A stretch of DNA of 64,000 nucleotides from Eutreptiella sp. 'Long Island Sound 2002' (Eukaryota > Protista > Euglenida): assembly GCA_964036045.1 (NCBI GenBank), contig OZ038378.1, forward strand, positions 22,630,001 through 22,694,000. Reading direction: 5' to 3'. Below the pieces are notes generated by a model, which saw nothing but the letters and a program-made list of their open reading frames with translations, did no database searches and was not told the origin of the DNA. Both the position numbers and the translations under genes were made by a program. Of this stretch, positions 23,301 to 35,300 are shown piece by piece. The first letter of the stretch is position 1. Each line of letters starts with the position of its first letter.

Positions 23301-26300
23301 GCAAACAAGTGCACACGCACATGAACCCTGCGGAACCCCCCCCCCCCCCCTCTGCATAATGACTGCACAGAGGATCGAGTGAGTGATTGGGAACCTCCAG
23401 TTCATGGTCCATGGTGAGGGGGTTTGGGGTCTGTGCTTGCGCTTCTGGGGCTATGGCAACGGGTTTTTGGGGGCCCCAGGCTGTCGGGTTTTTGCTTGTG
23501 GGGCCAAAATTCAGGATGAACCGGGAAAAGGACCACTTGGACGAGCTCGGCCAGGCCCTAAAGTCCGAGCGAGAGCGGATGGCTAAAGTGCGGGAGGAGT
23601 TTGAGCAACAGCAGCAGGAATTGATGGCGGCACGGCAGGAGTTCCTGCGGGAGAAGCGGGGGTGGGAGAACGCCACCGCCCTGGCCCAGCGGGATGCCGG
23701 TGCTGCCAAGCAGCAGGTGCTGCAGGCGAAGGAGGTGTGCCTCTCGCGTGCCCTGCGTCCAATGCATTTGAAAGCCCCGTGTCCACATCTGCCATCCCCA
23801 TCCCCCTCTTCTCTGTATCCCCAGGCCCTCTCCGCCTTTCCTCCTCCTTCCCTCTGCACCCAATCCTATGCCCCCAAGTCCCGCCCTTGCGGCCAACTCA
23901 TTGCCTCCTCCGTGGGGTTGGGGTTTACATCATCGTTTTCTATTGGTCTGCATGGGATTAGATGAGCATTGAACTGTACAAGTGGAGGGTACATTTTCAC
24001 TGCAACGACCAATTTGCCAAATTTTCTAGAGCTGTCTCGCCTCAAGGTCAACTGTGTGGCCTTGACTGCACGCAGGGGTGAGGGCTTGATGACCACCCCT
24101 CAGCAGGTTCTGACAAGTTGTCATCAGAGGAGGACACAAAACCAGGATCCTCATAATCACTGCGCAACGCACCAGGGAGGTCAATATTCATTGCATGGCT
24201 GCGGATCACAAAGAAGAGCCCCCTCCCCCTCAACAATTCCCCCCATTGGGCCAGCCCACCAACCTCGATTTAATAATTCCCCCAGAGCAAATATTTGGTG
24301 GTGGGGGCCGGGGAAAGGGAAAGATGTGGGGCAGGGAGGCACGCGCAACAGTGGTGCAATGTTTCAGGTCCGACTCGCTCGCCGCCTCATTGGCCCTGGG
24401 CTTCCCCAACTCGGTGGATTGCCATAAAGGCTGAGTGAGTGGTATGTGTGTGTGTTGGGGTGGGGGCGGGCTGCCTCTCTCTGTCGTTACCAGCCTTCTG
24501 TGTTGTGCAGCCCCATGGGCTTTGCAACCCAATCTGCCTCATCCCCCCACCCCCCCTTCTCACTTGCACCTGATGAAACACATCACCGAAATGCCCCCAA
24601 ACCCGCAGTGCTTCCTCCTTTAGAATTGCCTCTTTCTTCAGCATCAGTCCGCCTTCAACCGCCGATGCTTTACCTTGTGCATCCCATACACATCCCACTG
24701 GTCATCCCACCGCTGGCTTGTTGGTCACACCTGGAGTAGCCGTTGACGGCCATCGGTGGCGGTTGGCAGAGCCGTGGAGCCCTGTCTCCAGCCCCGCCCC
24801 CCTCCTAGTGAAGCCAGCCGACAATGCCTGCAATCCCTCCACAGTATTGTGTGCGCGCAGGAGCTGTGGACTTCCAGGTCAGACCTGGACAATGAGAAGC
24901 GGCAGCTGCAAGACTTGAGGATCAAATTGGAGCAGCAGCAGCGGGAGATCGAACTGGCTCGGTTTGAAGTGGACAGAGATAAGGCACAGCTCCAGGTTGG
25001 CGCTTGGCCTCCCTCCGTCTGGATGCCGCCTGCGCACTGCATTTCGTCGGACGAAGGACCCGCGTTTCGTGTCATGGGGGATCCCAGAGGGGCTGCAAAA
25101 CGGTCGTCGTTGAGGATGTGCGCCGCAGGACAGCATTCATGCCCCCATCAGGCCTGCACCCCCTCAGCATGCGTTCAATGAGTGTACATCCGCTCAGCGA
25201 AGGCAGAGTCTACAGTCCCTGGAATTTTCTGCAAAGACCCTGTTTTGTTTGGAGGCTTGAATGTGCCCTGCAGAGCATTCCCGTCATGGCAATGCCCTGC
25301 ACAGGCATGCAGTTGTTCCGGTTGGCTGCCCCTCAAGTTGGGGTTAGGGACTCTCAATCCACGCTTTGTTGCGTGGCCCCTCGAGTTGGGGTTAGGGACT
25401 CACAATCCACGCTTTGTTGCGTGGCCTCTCGAGTTGGGGTTAGGGACTCACAATCCACGCTTCGTTGCGTGGCCCCTCGAGTTGGGGTTAGGGACTCACA
25501 ATCCCCGCTTTGTTGCGTGGCCCCTCGAGTTGGGGTTAGGGATTCTCAACCCACGCTTTGTTGCGTGGCCCCTCGAGTTGGGGTTAGGGATTCTCAACCC
25601 ACGCTTTGTTGAGTGGCCCCTCAAGTTGGGGTTAGGGATTCTCCATCCACTCTTTGTTGCCTGGCCCATCAAGTTGGGGTTAGGGATTCTCAATCCACGC
25701 TTTGTTACGTGGCCCCTCAAGTTGACGTCAGGGACTCACAATCGCCGCTTTGTCGCGTGGCCCCTTTGGATTGAGGTTAGGGACTCACAATCCACGCTTT
25801 GTTGCGTGGCCCCTCGAGTTGGGGTTAGGGACTCACAATCCACGCTTTGTTGCGTGGGCCCTCGAGTTGGGGTTAGGGACTCTCAATCCACGCTTTGTTG
25901 CGTGGCCCCTCGAGTTGGGGTTAGGGACTCTCAATCCACGTTTTTTTGCGTGGCCCCTCGAGTTGGGGGTAGGGACTCACAATCCACGCTTTGTTGCGTG
26001 GCCCCTCGAGTTGGGGTTAGGGACTCACAATCCACGCTTTGTTGTGTGGCCCCTCGAGTTGGGGTTAGGGACTCACAATCCACGCTTTGTCGCGTGGCCT
26101 CTCGAGCTGGGGTTAGGGACTCACAATCCACGCTTCGTTGCGTGGCCCCTCGAGTTGGGGGTAGGGACTCACAATCCCCGCTTTGTTGCGTGGCCCCTCG
26201 AGTTGGGGTTAGGGATTCTCAACCCACGCTTTGTTGAGTGGCCCCTCAAGTTGGGGTTAGGGATTCTCCATCCACTCTTTGTTGCCTGGCCCATCAAGTT

Positions 26301-29300
26301 GGGGTTAGGGATTCTCAATCCACGCTTTGTTACGTGGCCCCTCAAGTTGACGTCAGGGACTCACAATCGCCGCTTTGTCGCGTGGCCCCTTTGAGTTGAG
26401 GTTAGGGACTCTCAATCCCCGCTTTGTTGCGTGGCCCCTCGAGTTGGGGTTAGGGACTCACAATCCCCGCTTTGTTGCGTGGCCTCTCGAGTTGGGGTTA
26501 GGGATTCTCAACCCACGCTTTGTTGAGTGGCCCCTCAAGTTGGGGTTAGGGATTCTCCATCCACTCTTTGTTGCCCGGCCCATCAAGTTGGGGTTAGGGA
26601 TTCTCAATCCACGCTTTGTTACGTGGCCCCTCAAGTTGACGTCAGGGACTCACAATCGCCGCTTTGTCGCGTGGCCCCTTTGAGTTGAGGTTAGGGACTC
26701 ACAATCCACGCTTTGTTGCGTGGCCCCTCGAGTTGGGGTTAGGGACTCACAATCCACGCTTTGTTGCGTGGCCCCTCGAGTTGGGGTTGGGGACTCACAA
26801 TCCACGCTTCGTTGTGTGGCCCCTCGAGTTGGGGTTAGGGACTCACAATCCACGCTTTGTTGTGTGGCCCCTCGAGTTGGGGTTAGGGACTCACAATCCA
26901 CGCTTTGTTGATTGGCCCCTCAAGTTGGGGTTAGGGATTCTCCATCCACTCTTTGTTGCCTGGCCCATCAAGTTGGGGTTAGGGATTCTCAATCCACGCT
27001 TTGTTACGTGGCCCCTCAAGTTGACGTCAGGGACTCACAATCGCCGCTTTGTCGCGTGGCCCCTTTGAGTTGAGGTTAGGGACTCTCAATCCACGCTTTG
27101 TTGCGTGGCCCCTCGAGTTGGGGTTAGGGACTCACAATCAACGCTTCGTCGCGTGGCCTCTCGAGTTGGGGTTAGGGACTCACAATCCACGCTTCGTTGC
27201 GTGGCCCCTCGAGTTGGGGTTAGGGACTCACAATCCCCGCTTTGTTGCGTGGCCCCTCGAGTTGGGGTTAGGGATTCTCAACCCACGCTTTGTTGAGTGG
27301 CCCCTCAAGTTGGGGTTAGGGATTCTCCATCCACTCTTTGTTGCCCGGCCCATCAAGTTGGGGTTAGGGATTCTCAATCCACGCTTTGTTACGTGGCCCC
27401 TCAAGTTGACGTCAGGGACTCACAATCGCCGCTTTGTCGCGTGGCCCCTTTGAGTTGAGGTTAGGGACTCACAATCCACGCTTTGTTGCGTGGCCCCTCG
27501 GGTTGGGGTTAGGGACTCACAATCCACGCTTTGTTGCGTGGCCCCTCGAGTTGGGGTTGGGGACTCACAATCCACGCTTCGTTGTGTGGCCCCTCGAGTT
27601 GGGGTTAGGGACTCACAATCCCCGCTTTGTTGCGTGGCCCCTCGAGTTGGGGTTAGGGACTCACAATCCACGCTTTGTTGTGTGGCCCCTCGAGTTGGGG
27701 TTAGGGACTCACAATCCACGCTTTGTTGATTGGCCCCTCAAGTTGGGGTTAGGGATTCTCCATCCACTCTTTGTTGCCTGGCCCATCAAGTTGGGGTTAG
27801 GGATTCTCAATCCACGCTTTGTTACGTGGCCCCTCAAGTTGACGTCAGGGACTCACAATCGCCGCTTTGTCGCGTGGCCCCTTTGAGTTGAGGTTAGGGA
27901 CTCTCAATCCACGCTTTGTTGCGTGGCCCCTCGAGTTGGGGTTAGGGACTCACAATCAACGCTTCGTCGCGTGGCCTCTCGAGTTGGGGTTAGGGACTCA
28001 CAATCCACGCTTCGTTGCGTGGCCCCTCGAGTTGGGGTTAGGGACTCACAATCCCCGCTTTGTTGCGTGGCCCCTCGAGTTGGGGTTAGGGATTCTCAAC
28101 CCACGCTTTGTTGAGTGGCCCCTCAAGTTGGGGTTAGGGATTCTCCATCCACTCTTTGTTGCCCGGCCCATCAAGTTGGGGTTAGGGATTCTCAATCCAC
28201 GCTTTGTTACGTGGCCCCTCAAGTTGACGTCAGGGACTCACAATCGCCGCTTTGTCGCGTGGCCCCTTTGAGTTGAGGTTAGGGACTCACAATCCACGCT
28301 TTGTTGCGTGGCCTCTCGAGTTGGGGTTAGGGACTCACAATCCACGCTTTGTTGCGTGGCCCCTCGAGTTGGGGTTGGGGACTCACAATCCACGCTTCGT
28401 TGTGTGGCCCCTCAAGTTGGGGTTAGGGATTCTCAATCCACGCTTTGTTGTGTGGCCCCTCGAGTTGGGGTTAGGGATTCTCAATCCACGCTTTGTTGCG
28501 TGGCCCCTTGAGTTGGGGTTAGGGACTCACAATCCCCGCTTTGTTGCGTGGCCCCTCGAGTTGGGGTTAGGGACTCACAATCCCCGCTTTGTTGCGTGGC
28601 CCCTCGAGTTGGGGTTGGGGACTCACAATCCACGCTTCGTTGTGTGGCCCCTCGAGTTGGGGTTAGGGACTCACAATCCCCGCTTTGTTGCGTGGCCCCT
28701 CGAGTTGGGGTTAGGGATTCTCAACCCACGCTTTGTTGAGTGGCCCCTCAAGTTGGGGTTAGGGATTCTCCATCCACTCTTTGTTGCCCGGCCCATCAAG
28801 TTGGGGTTAGGGATTCTCAATCCACGCTTTGTTACGTGGCCCCTCAAGTTGACGTCAGGGACTCACAATCGCCGCTTTGTCGCGTGGCCCCTTTGAGTTG
28901 AGGTTAGGGACTCACAATCCACGCTTTGTTGCGTGGCCTCTCGAGTTGGGGTTAGGGACTCACAATCCACGCTTTGTTGCGTGGCCCCTCGAGTTGGGGT
29001 TGGGGACTCACAATCCACGCTTCGTTGTGTGGCCCCTCAAGTTGGGGTTAGGGATTCTCAATCCACGCTTTGTTGTGTGGCCCCTCGAGTTGGGGTTAGG
29101 GATTCTCAATCCACGCTTTGTTGCGTGGCCCCTTGAGTTGGGGTTAGGGACTCACAATCCACGCTTTGTTGCGTGGCCCCTCGAGTTGGGGTTAGGGACT
29201 CACAATCCACGCTTCGTTGCGTGGCCCCTCGAGTTGGGGTTAGGGACTCACAATCCCCGCTTTGTTGCGTGGCCCCTCGAGTTGGGGTTAGGGATTCTCA

Positions 29301-32300
29301 ACCCACGCTTTGTTGAGTGGCCCCTCAAGTTGGGGTTAGGGATTCTCCATCCACTCTTTGTTGCCCGGCCCATCAAGTTGGGGTTAGGGATTCTCAATCC
29401 ACGCTTTGTTACGTGGCCCCTCAAGTTGACGTCAGGGACTCACAATCGCCGCTTTGTCGCGTGGCCCCTTTGAGTTGAGGTTAGGGACTCACAATCCACG
29501 CTTTGTTGCGTGGCCTCTCGAGTTGGGGTTAGGGACTCACAATCCACGCTTTGTTGCGTGGCCCCTCGAGTTGGGGTTGGGGACTCACAATCCACGCTTC
29601 GTTGTGTGGCCCCTCAAGTTGGGGTTAGGGATTCTCAATCCACGCTTTGTTGTGTGGCCCCTCGAGTTGGGGTTAGGGATTCTCAATCCACGCTTTGTTG
29701 CGTGGCCCCTTGAGTTGGGGTTAGGGACTCACAATCCCCGCTTTGTTGCGTGGCCCCTCGAGTTGGGGTTAGGGACTCACAATCCCCGCTTTGTTGCGTG
29801 GCCCCTCGAGTTGGGGTTGGGGACTCACAATCCACGCTTCGTTGTGTGGCCCCTCGAGTTGGGGTTAGGGACTCACAATCCCCGCTTTGTTGCGTGGCCC
29901 CTCGAGTTGGGGTTAGGGATTCTCAACCCACGCTTTGTTGAGTGGCCCCTCAAGTTGGGGTTAGGGATTCTCCATCCACTCTTTGTTGCCCGGCCCATCA
30001 AGTTGGGGTTAGGGATTCTCAATCCACGCTTTGTTACGTGGCCCCTCAAGTTGACGTCAGGGACTCACAATCGCCGCTTTGTCGCGTGGCCCCTTTGAGT
30101 TGAGGTTAGGGACTCACAATCCACGCTTTGTTGCGTGGCCTCTCGAGTTGGGGTTAGGGACTCACAATCCACGCTTTGTTGCGTGGCCCCTCGAGTTGGG
30201 GTTGGGGACTCACAATCCACGCTTCGTTGTGTGGCCCCTCAAGTTGGGGTTAGGGATTCTCAATCCACGCTTTGTTGTGTGGCCCCTCGAGTTGGGGTTA
30301 GGGATTCTCAATCCACGCTTTGTTGCGTGGCCCCTTGAGTTGGGGTTAGGGACTCACAATCCACGCTTTGTTGCGTGGCCCCTCGAGTTGGGGTTAGGGA
30401 CTCACAATCCCCGCTTTGTTGCGTGGCCCCTCGAGTTGGGGTTGGGGACTCACAATCCACGCTTCGTTGTGTGGCCCCTCAAGTTGGGGTTAGGGATTCT
30501 CAATCCACGCTTCGTTGTGTGGCCCCTCAAGTTGGGGTTAGGGACTCACAATCCACGCTTTGTTGTGTGGCCCCTCCAGTTGGGGTTCGGGAACCACAAT
30601 TCACGCTTTGTTGCGTGGCCCCTTGAGTTGGGGTTAGGGACTCACAATCCACGCTTTGTTGCGTGGCCCCTTGAGTTGGGGGTAGGGACTCTCAATCCAC
30701 GCTTTGTTACGTGGCCCCTCGAGTTGGGGTTAGGGACTCACAATCCACGCTTTGTTGCGTGGCCCCTCGGGTTGGGGTTAGGGACTCACAATCCAAGCTT
30801 CGTTGCGTGGCCCCTCGAGTTGGGGGTAGGGATTCTCAATCCACGCTTTGTTGCATGGCCCCTCGAATTGGGGTTAGGGACGCGCAATCCGCGCTTTGTT
30901 GCGTGGCCCCTCGAGTTGGGGTTAGGGACTCACAATCCACGTTTTTTTGCGTGGCCCCTCGAGTTGGGGTTAGGGATTCTCAATCCACGCTTTCTTGCAT
31001 GGCCCCTCGAGTTGGGGTTAGAGACTCTCAATCTACTCTTTGTTGCGTGGCCCCTCGAGTTGGGGTTAAGGACTCACAATCCACGCTTTGTCGCGTGGCC
31101 CCTCGAGTTGGGGTTAGGGACTCACAATCCATGCTTTGTTGCGTGGCCCCTCGAGTTGGGGGTAGGGACTCTCAATCCACGCTTCGTTGCGTGGCCTTTC
31201 GAGTTGGGGTTAGGGACGCGCAACCCACGTTTTGTTGCGTGGCCCCTCAAGTTGGGGTTAGGGACTCACAATCCACGCTGTGTTGCGTGGCCCGTGGAGT
31301 TGGGGTTAGGGTAGGGGTTGCCTTGCGTGCCTCTGCCTGCACTTTTTAGGCAAATGGTTGTAGGGGCGGCTCCCCTAATGAAATTTGAAGCAGCAAGTGG
31401 TGCCCAAACCCAAACTTGTGTGTGCCCAAACCCAAACCAAAACGAATGCACTCGCCGCAGAGCGATGGGAGTAGGCACGCATGAGAGGACTCCCTGCAGA
31501 GCGATCGGAGTAGGCACCATTTGTGGCATTTCCTTGCTCCGTACCAACAATCGCATTTGCTGTGTCTCTTTTCTACCTTCTACTTGGTTCTTTTTGGTGC
31601 CTGATGCGAGCAATCAGCACTGCGAAGGGAAAGGTCAAAGTATGGTACGGTGCTCTAGATGATCTGGTGTCGTTTTTGGCATGCTTCTATAGGACCAGCT
31701 CCAAACGAATGCGCGGGTTGTGGCGCAAAGGGGGGAAGTTTTGTTTCTCCCGTTGCACTGGTGTGCGATGGGTGGAAGCCATGTTCCATGAGTCGGATAT
31801 GATTCTAGAGAATCTTCGTGCCGTTCTTTTGCACCTTCCCGAGTACATTAACAATGAGGCTGACCTGGGGCGTAGGGAGAAGGCCGAGGGCTTGTTGGAT
31901 GCACTTTCGCACCCCCTTTTCAAGTTCACGGCGGCCTTTTTTTGCGATGTTTTTGCTGTGGTATGTGCCACAAGCAAGAAAATTCAAGGGACCAGGGGTG
32001 CACGAGTCGCCGCCGTCCAGGGTTTGATGAACGTGATGTGCACGCAGCTCTTGCACACCATGCGTCATGTCATTCCAGGGGGGTGGGAGGAATCGTTGGG
32101 TGTTGAGGTAGGGAGCAGCCCCATCAAGGGTAGCCGGATGAAGTGTCTTCGCCGTCCGATTGGAGATGTCCAAACACGCTTCAATGGAACTCAGTGGGGT
32201 GGTAGTGCTACAGTGGAGGATTGGGTTGAGGCAAGCTCATCCATGTGAGAGAGTGTTTAGCTACGTGACGGCTACTGACTTTGGCCAAAGCACGGAGCAC

Positions 32301-35300
32301 ATGTGTGAGACGTTGTGGGTAAGGTGCAATGGAAAGGCACCGGAGGATTGGGGGCCGTTTGAGGTGTTTGATGAGCTCCGGAAGACCCCTTTCCGCCCGC
32401 GGAAGCGGAAGCAAGGGCATGCGGTTGAGGTGTAAGATGGTGCTTTGCTTGGGTTTGCTGCTTTCAAGGATTTGCAAGTTTCTTTCGAAGAGGATGCTCA
32501 GGCAGAGGTTCATTTGAACATTCAAGATTTGTGGGTTGTCCCAAAGAGGGCAATGCGTCACGCCGATATTGGCGATGTGTATGGGGTTGGGTTGGAGGGT
32601 GAGGACGAAGATAGTGACGACGAGGATTTGGAGTAGCCGGGTGAAGTCGCCAGTAGTTCCTCTTCTGACCTAACCCAGCATCCGTCCCCTCTACCTCTTA
32701 TAACCCTGCCGCGCAGTTGGTGTTTGCGTATGATGTGGATGAGGCGGTGTTGAAGGCAATGGAGAGGGGCAAATTGCATGACTGGACTAAAGTTGAGTTT
32801 AAGGCCATTTGTAGGAAGCATGGTTTGAGTGTCAACGGGGGGAAGGGTGAGCTTATGGAGCTTGTCAGGGTGCACTTCCGGAGGTTGTACCAGCCGTAGA
32901 GAGTTTGTTATGAGCTGTGCCACCGGCGATGGAAAATTCAGGTGGTTGAATGTTGTGTCACTACATTTGATGGAAAACAACATTGCTCCTGTTCATGTTG
33001 AATTGTGCAGGGTGTGAGGTAGGGTTTGGATGCTATCATTGAACACATGTGGGGCTAGGATCCTATGGTTGTGTGCTTGCACAATTTTTGGGCCAGGGAC
33101 TCATTGTTGAATGGTTGGGAACACCTGGGTGAAGACATGTAATGTCCGCGGGCTCTTTTGAAAAACCCATGTTCTGGAAAAACTTTTTTTTCCGTTAAGG
33201 ACCGCCCTGCCCTCGGCTGCAGGTGACAAAGAGCGCACTGGACGATGAGGCAGCTGACCTCAACCGGGCAAAGAACCGCATCAGTGGGGAGATTGCACAG
33301 TGGCAGGAGGCTCGAAGGGCTATGGAGCAGACGCGATACGACTTGGAGGATGAAATTGCGCAGCTGAACGGGGATCGGCGAGAGCTTGCGGCCAAGCAGG
33401 TGGATGCATACAGGAGACAGGAGCAGCTGACGAACACCATGAGAATGCTGGACATAGAGCAGCGGGAACTGGACCAAGACAAGGCCGGATGGTCCAAGAA
33501 GAAGTCAATACAGGTGTTGGAGGCTTGGGTGACTGCTGCTGGGCCGTTTGTAAAACGGGGAACAGAGTCCAAGGCTCAGGGCCAGAAGCGCAATCGGAAA
33601 CGAGCCCTCCACATGGGCCACGGCCTTGATGCACAAGAGGGACTTTTGTGCTGGAAAAATGGTCACGCGGGACATCTTCTCTTACCTTGCGGCGCCCCGT
33701 TTGGGGAATTGCCCTGCAACAGGGCCATTGGGGGGGGGGGTAGATATACGAAGGGTCTTAGCATAGATGATACCGGGATTTGCCATTTTTCCATCTTGAA
33801 TTGGTGAGCTATCCCTCTGAACCCTCTTCCTTTCAGAAATGGTGCACGGTGCACTGTGCACATCGCACACCTGCATGTTGCAGACTGCGTATTTGAGCGA
33901 AGCGCACTACGCCACCACGCACACTGCACGCCGTGCACCCAGCACCGCACCGTCTGCACATGGTGCACTCGGTGCATTGCACATTGTGTGTCCTGCACAT
34001 GACGCATCGCACACTGCACATTATGCGCACCGCTTACATTGCGCGGTCTGCACGCCGCACACATGGTCGCCGGAACATTGTCCGTGAAATCTTGTGGGAA
34101 GCGATGCGCGAACCTTAAAGGAACACGGTCCACAGCTCAAGGCCTCCGAGAGGGGGGGGGGTGATCCTGCTTGATGGCCTGCAGCACCCTCAGGCAGCTC
34201 TTGTTCTGACTATGATTCGGAGTAAGGTGCATAGCGCTGCTTGTGTATGGGATACCATTGAGATTTGTCCTGTGACACTTGACTGCATGTCTCACACAGC
34301 TTTTGCCATTACACAACCATCAGGAATCTCCTGTGCCCAAAAAGCGTGATTCGCAGGAGGGTCAATATATCGGCCCTGCCCAGCCTGGGATAAGTGGACA
34401 GGCATTGCTTAGCGGCAAAGGTGGCCAAAAAACAAGTTTGTGTACCTAAGATCGACCTCCAATTTCCGGCCACTTGAATGAATTTGGTTTTCTTCTGTGG
34501 ATTTTTTCTGATGCGGCTCGGTCGGTCGGTCGATTTGGCCCCAAATGACCCCTCCTGCCCCGGAGTACCTGAGCAGTGGCCTGTCAGTGGCTTCTGTGGT
34601 ATCTTGCCCATCCTCTGTGATTGAGGCTGAAAAGGCCCCAGCATTACAAAGGGCCGAATGCCAATTGTTTCAATTTTAGTGAAGGAGCCAAGTTTGGTCT
34701 GACCCCTTGGGAACGCTAATCCTGCGGTCCTGGAGTTCTCATGAATTGCTCTCAGGTCTCTCCCACGCGATATGAAAGCGAGACGCATGCTTTGCATGAT
34801 TGGAATATGCTGCAGAAGAGGTATGTGAACCCTGCATGTATTTTGACGGACTGCACATCATGTGGCAGGCACGGGGTATGGAGCATGGCCGATGTGACTG
34901 TAGGTGCCCCCTGCCCCCGCCCGAACTGTGTACCAGATCCATTTCAATCAAATGTGTATGAATACAGAATGCAGATGCTTGTGGGTTTGTTGTTGTGCGC
35001 GTGGATACACTCATGCATATGGGCCCATATATGTGTGCATGCGGATACGCATACACATACATATGCATACACACCTGCACTGTATGTACCTGTAGTGTGC
35101 TTGTGCATGTGTGTTTATGTATGTGGGTGTGCATGTATATCATCTGTGTGATCAGCATGCACTCACAATCACACCCATGCATGCCACCCACGGCCGCCCA
35201 GGGGCGCATAACCGCACCGTACCGTGGTGGGGGGGGGTGGTTACCAGGGCAGGAAATCTGGGCTAACATGCATCCTGGGGGCCGTCTTTGCCGCGAGGTA

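Noticed and set aside
25320-31315. CRISPR array or long repeat-protein ORFs (214-411 aa) in the 48 bp array
   Set aside because: There are no unique spacers and no cas genes. The frames are open only because 48 is a multiple of 3 and the unit lacks stops in those frames; they shift at each 49 bp unit.
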